Shown one piece after another: positions 61,973 through 64,000 of a stretch of 64,000 bases of DNA (position 1 is the stretch's first letter; every line of letters starts with the position of its first letter). The DNA is from Octopus vulgaris. Its lineage: Eukaryota. The DNA lies in the NCBI GenBank assembly GCA_951406725.2, contig OX597820.1, forward strand, positions 96,968,001 to 97,032,000. Reading direction: 5' to 3'. Under the pieces are notes generated by a model that was not told the DNA's origin, searched no databases, and saw only the letters and a program-made list of their open reading frames with translations. A program made the position numbers and the translations under genes.

Positions 61973-62014
61973 ACTGACCAACCACGACACTTACTGAAGA
62001 GCTACACACACTAA
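61973..62014 (+). CDS. GFPT: Candidate alternative distal terminal exon 19b of GFAT: TDQPRHLLKSYTH*
   Basis: About 32-nt polypyrimidine tract plus caacag acceptor; phase 0 matches the exon 18 donor; 7/13 residues identical to exon 19a in register. Confidence 0.82.
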   Translation, partial: TDQPRHLLKSYTH

Positions 62015-63881
62015 AGGCTTTAACAGAAATAAGCTTTTTTCTTTTTTTATCTTGTTAAAGGAACTCCTCCAACCTAACGTCTAGTAATTCTTGTTTGGCT
62101 TACTGCCCCATATATATATATATATGTATTTCAGATATGGACATATTATTTTTTGCTATGAGTTTACATCTAACCAGTTCTCAAATTTGGTAATTCATTA
62201 AACCTTGGAATTTATATTGTTTTTTTTTTTTTTTCTGTCGTTTAGAAGAAAAGGGAAGGATAGGAATTTATTATCATCAGTGTAGCTTTTGGATACAGAG
62301 CTTGATTTCTTTGGCTGTTATGTGGCTCACCGTTCTGTTGTGCAGATGTTTTCATACAATAGTAAAGTGGAAAAATTCTTTAACACTTTACTTGATTTCA
62401 GATGTCAAATGAATAAACTCGTTTTTCTGTTTCCAAACTTATGAAAATTCACTTGGAGATTGGACGTTAAACGCTGATGAGAAGCTCTTATAACGTTGGT
62501 CTTTATTTTTTTACCAGGTGAGAGTGTACATGGTTGCTTGATACCAGCCAAATCTCTGTTGTGTCACCAATGCAATGACGTGAAACACATTTTGACAGAT
62601 AAACATGAGACATGTAACCTTGTGTGTGGTCGCTTGACTTGCTAGAAATAGCAGTTAAATCTCCTTCAAATCCCACTACTGTCTTAAAGAAAGGACACAT
62701 TAGATAATGTAGTCCTACATGCTCTGTTTCAATAAAACATAGGTCACAACTAGAATGCCTTTTACCCACTGGCCTCCTTGACAAAGGTTGACTTGGGATG
62801 ACTAAACAACTGTCAAAGTCAAAATATATGGAAATGGTACATACTGTTGCTCATGGTATCCTATCAAGGGTTTTGTATTTTTTTTTTATTCATTCCTTTA
62901 TTACTTACCCACAAGCATAAAAATTGAAAAGGAAAAAAAAAAAACTTTTTTTTTTCCTCCCCTCAAAGTCTGATTTGGTTTCTACTCATATCTGAGTATG
63001 GTTTCCATATTCACATACATCTTATAAAATATGGTTCTGTAACTACAAATTTTTTTCCCTCATAGCTAATGGTGACCTCTTACTTTTCAAACGTGCGTTA
63101 ACTTTAAACCTATACACATCAATGTTTTCAGTACCTTTTAAATGTTTTTGTACCAAGAAATATAAATATATATAATGTGATTTAATTTAGGGGACCAAAG
63201 TGAATACATTAAATTACTAAGGCTTACCTTAGTTATTATACTGAATATATATACATATATATACCTTAAATTACTGTATACTATTTAATTTATTATTTTG
63301 GATGCAAAGTGGAGTTTGAATTAGTTACATACAATACATACAATCACATGTCTACATTGTCAACTGTTAAATATTTTTGTGTGTGGATAATTAATTTCTT
63401 TTGACTTATACTAAACTGTTGATAACTGCTTTCTGTTAACACTGTTTTATGGTTTATGTGTGTTTCTTTGTAACAGTTGGTTTTATTTAATTGTCTATAT
63501 TTGTTTTCTGTTGAAATTTTTATTTTTTATCGTGAATGTTGCTCCTTAACCTTCACAAACTTCAATCAAGTAAATTATTTACTCACACATATTTCCACAT
63601 GGGTCATATGACATATCTGCTAAAAATTCGGCTTCAATTTGATTTTGTTTTTTGTTTTTTTTTTATGTATCCCTCTGCCCATTTTATCAATCTATCATAG
63701 TTTCATTTCATGTAATTTGACTAAATTTGGAACCATACTTTTGTAAATAATTTCCTATATGAATTTGTGATGGTATAAAAAGCATACATTTACTATTGAG
63801 GATTTTTCTTTTATTTACAAAAAGAAAAGACAATTTCTATACGATTCCATCCTGAAGTACCGCAATGATCTATATATAACG

Positions 63882-63887
63882 AATAAA
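63882..63887 (+). terminator. Candidate distal polyadenylation signal AATAAA
   Basis: AATAAA followed by a T/GT-rich tract (tttcgttgtcttt) at the end of a largely repeat-free 1.9 kb region; other AATAAA at 62412 and 62731. Confidence 0.4.
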
Positions 63888-64000
63888 ATTTATTGATTGA
63901 AAATACTTTCGTTGTCTTTAACACTGTTTGAAGTATTCATCATGAAATGTTTAATCTTATCTTATGTTTGTCATACTGGGGCAACATCTTGAAGGGTAAG

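Overview
AT-rich, repeat-dense animal genomic DNA. The SINE repertoire resembles Octopus/cephalopod families (inferred from recall, not searched). The window is almost entirely one plus-strand gene, glutamine:fructose-6-phosphate aminotransferase (GFAT/GFPT). I traced 18 coding exons (5561-54149) with GT-AG boundaries and consistent phases, giving about 678 aa once the missing Met-Cys-Gly first exon is added. That first exon is not identifiable here. The most interesting signal is hidden alternative splicing of this enzyme. (1) A second, diverged copy of the terminal coding exon lies at 61973-62014 (TDQPRHLLKSYTH* versus canonical VDCPRNLAKSVTVE*). It is in phase, has a strong acceptor and has its own 3'UTR-like region, so it would swap the catalytic C-terminal lid. 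(2) Two frame-preserving candidate microexons (27 and 39 nt) lie in intron 8, at the position of the vertebrate muscle-specific GFPT1-L exon. Introns carry several SINE families, CR1-, RTE- and HERO-like LINE remnants, a full-length decayed mariner, hAT/piggyBac/Merlin-like MITEs, a Helitron, a solo-LTR-like CpG-rich segment and several long palindromes. Nearly all ORFs in the supplied track are spurious repeat translations. Repeat boundaries are approximate.
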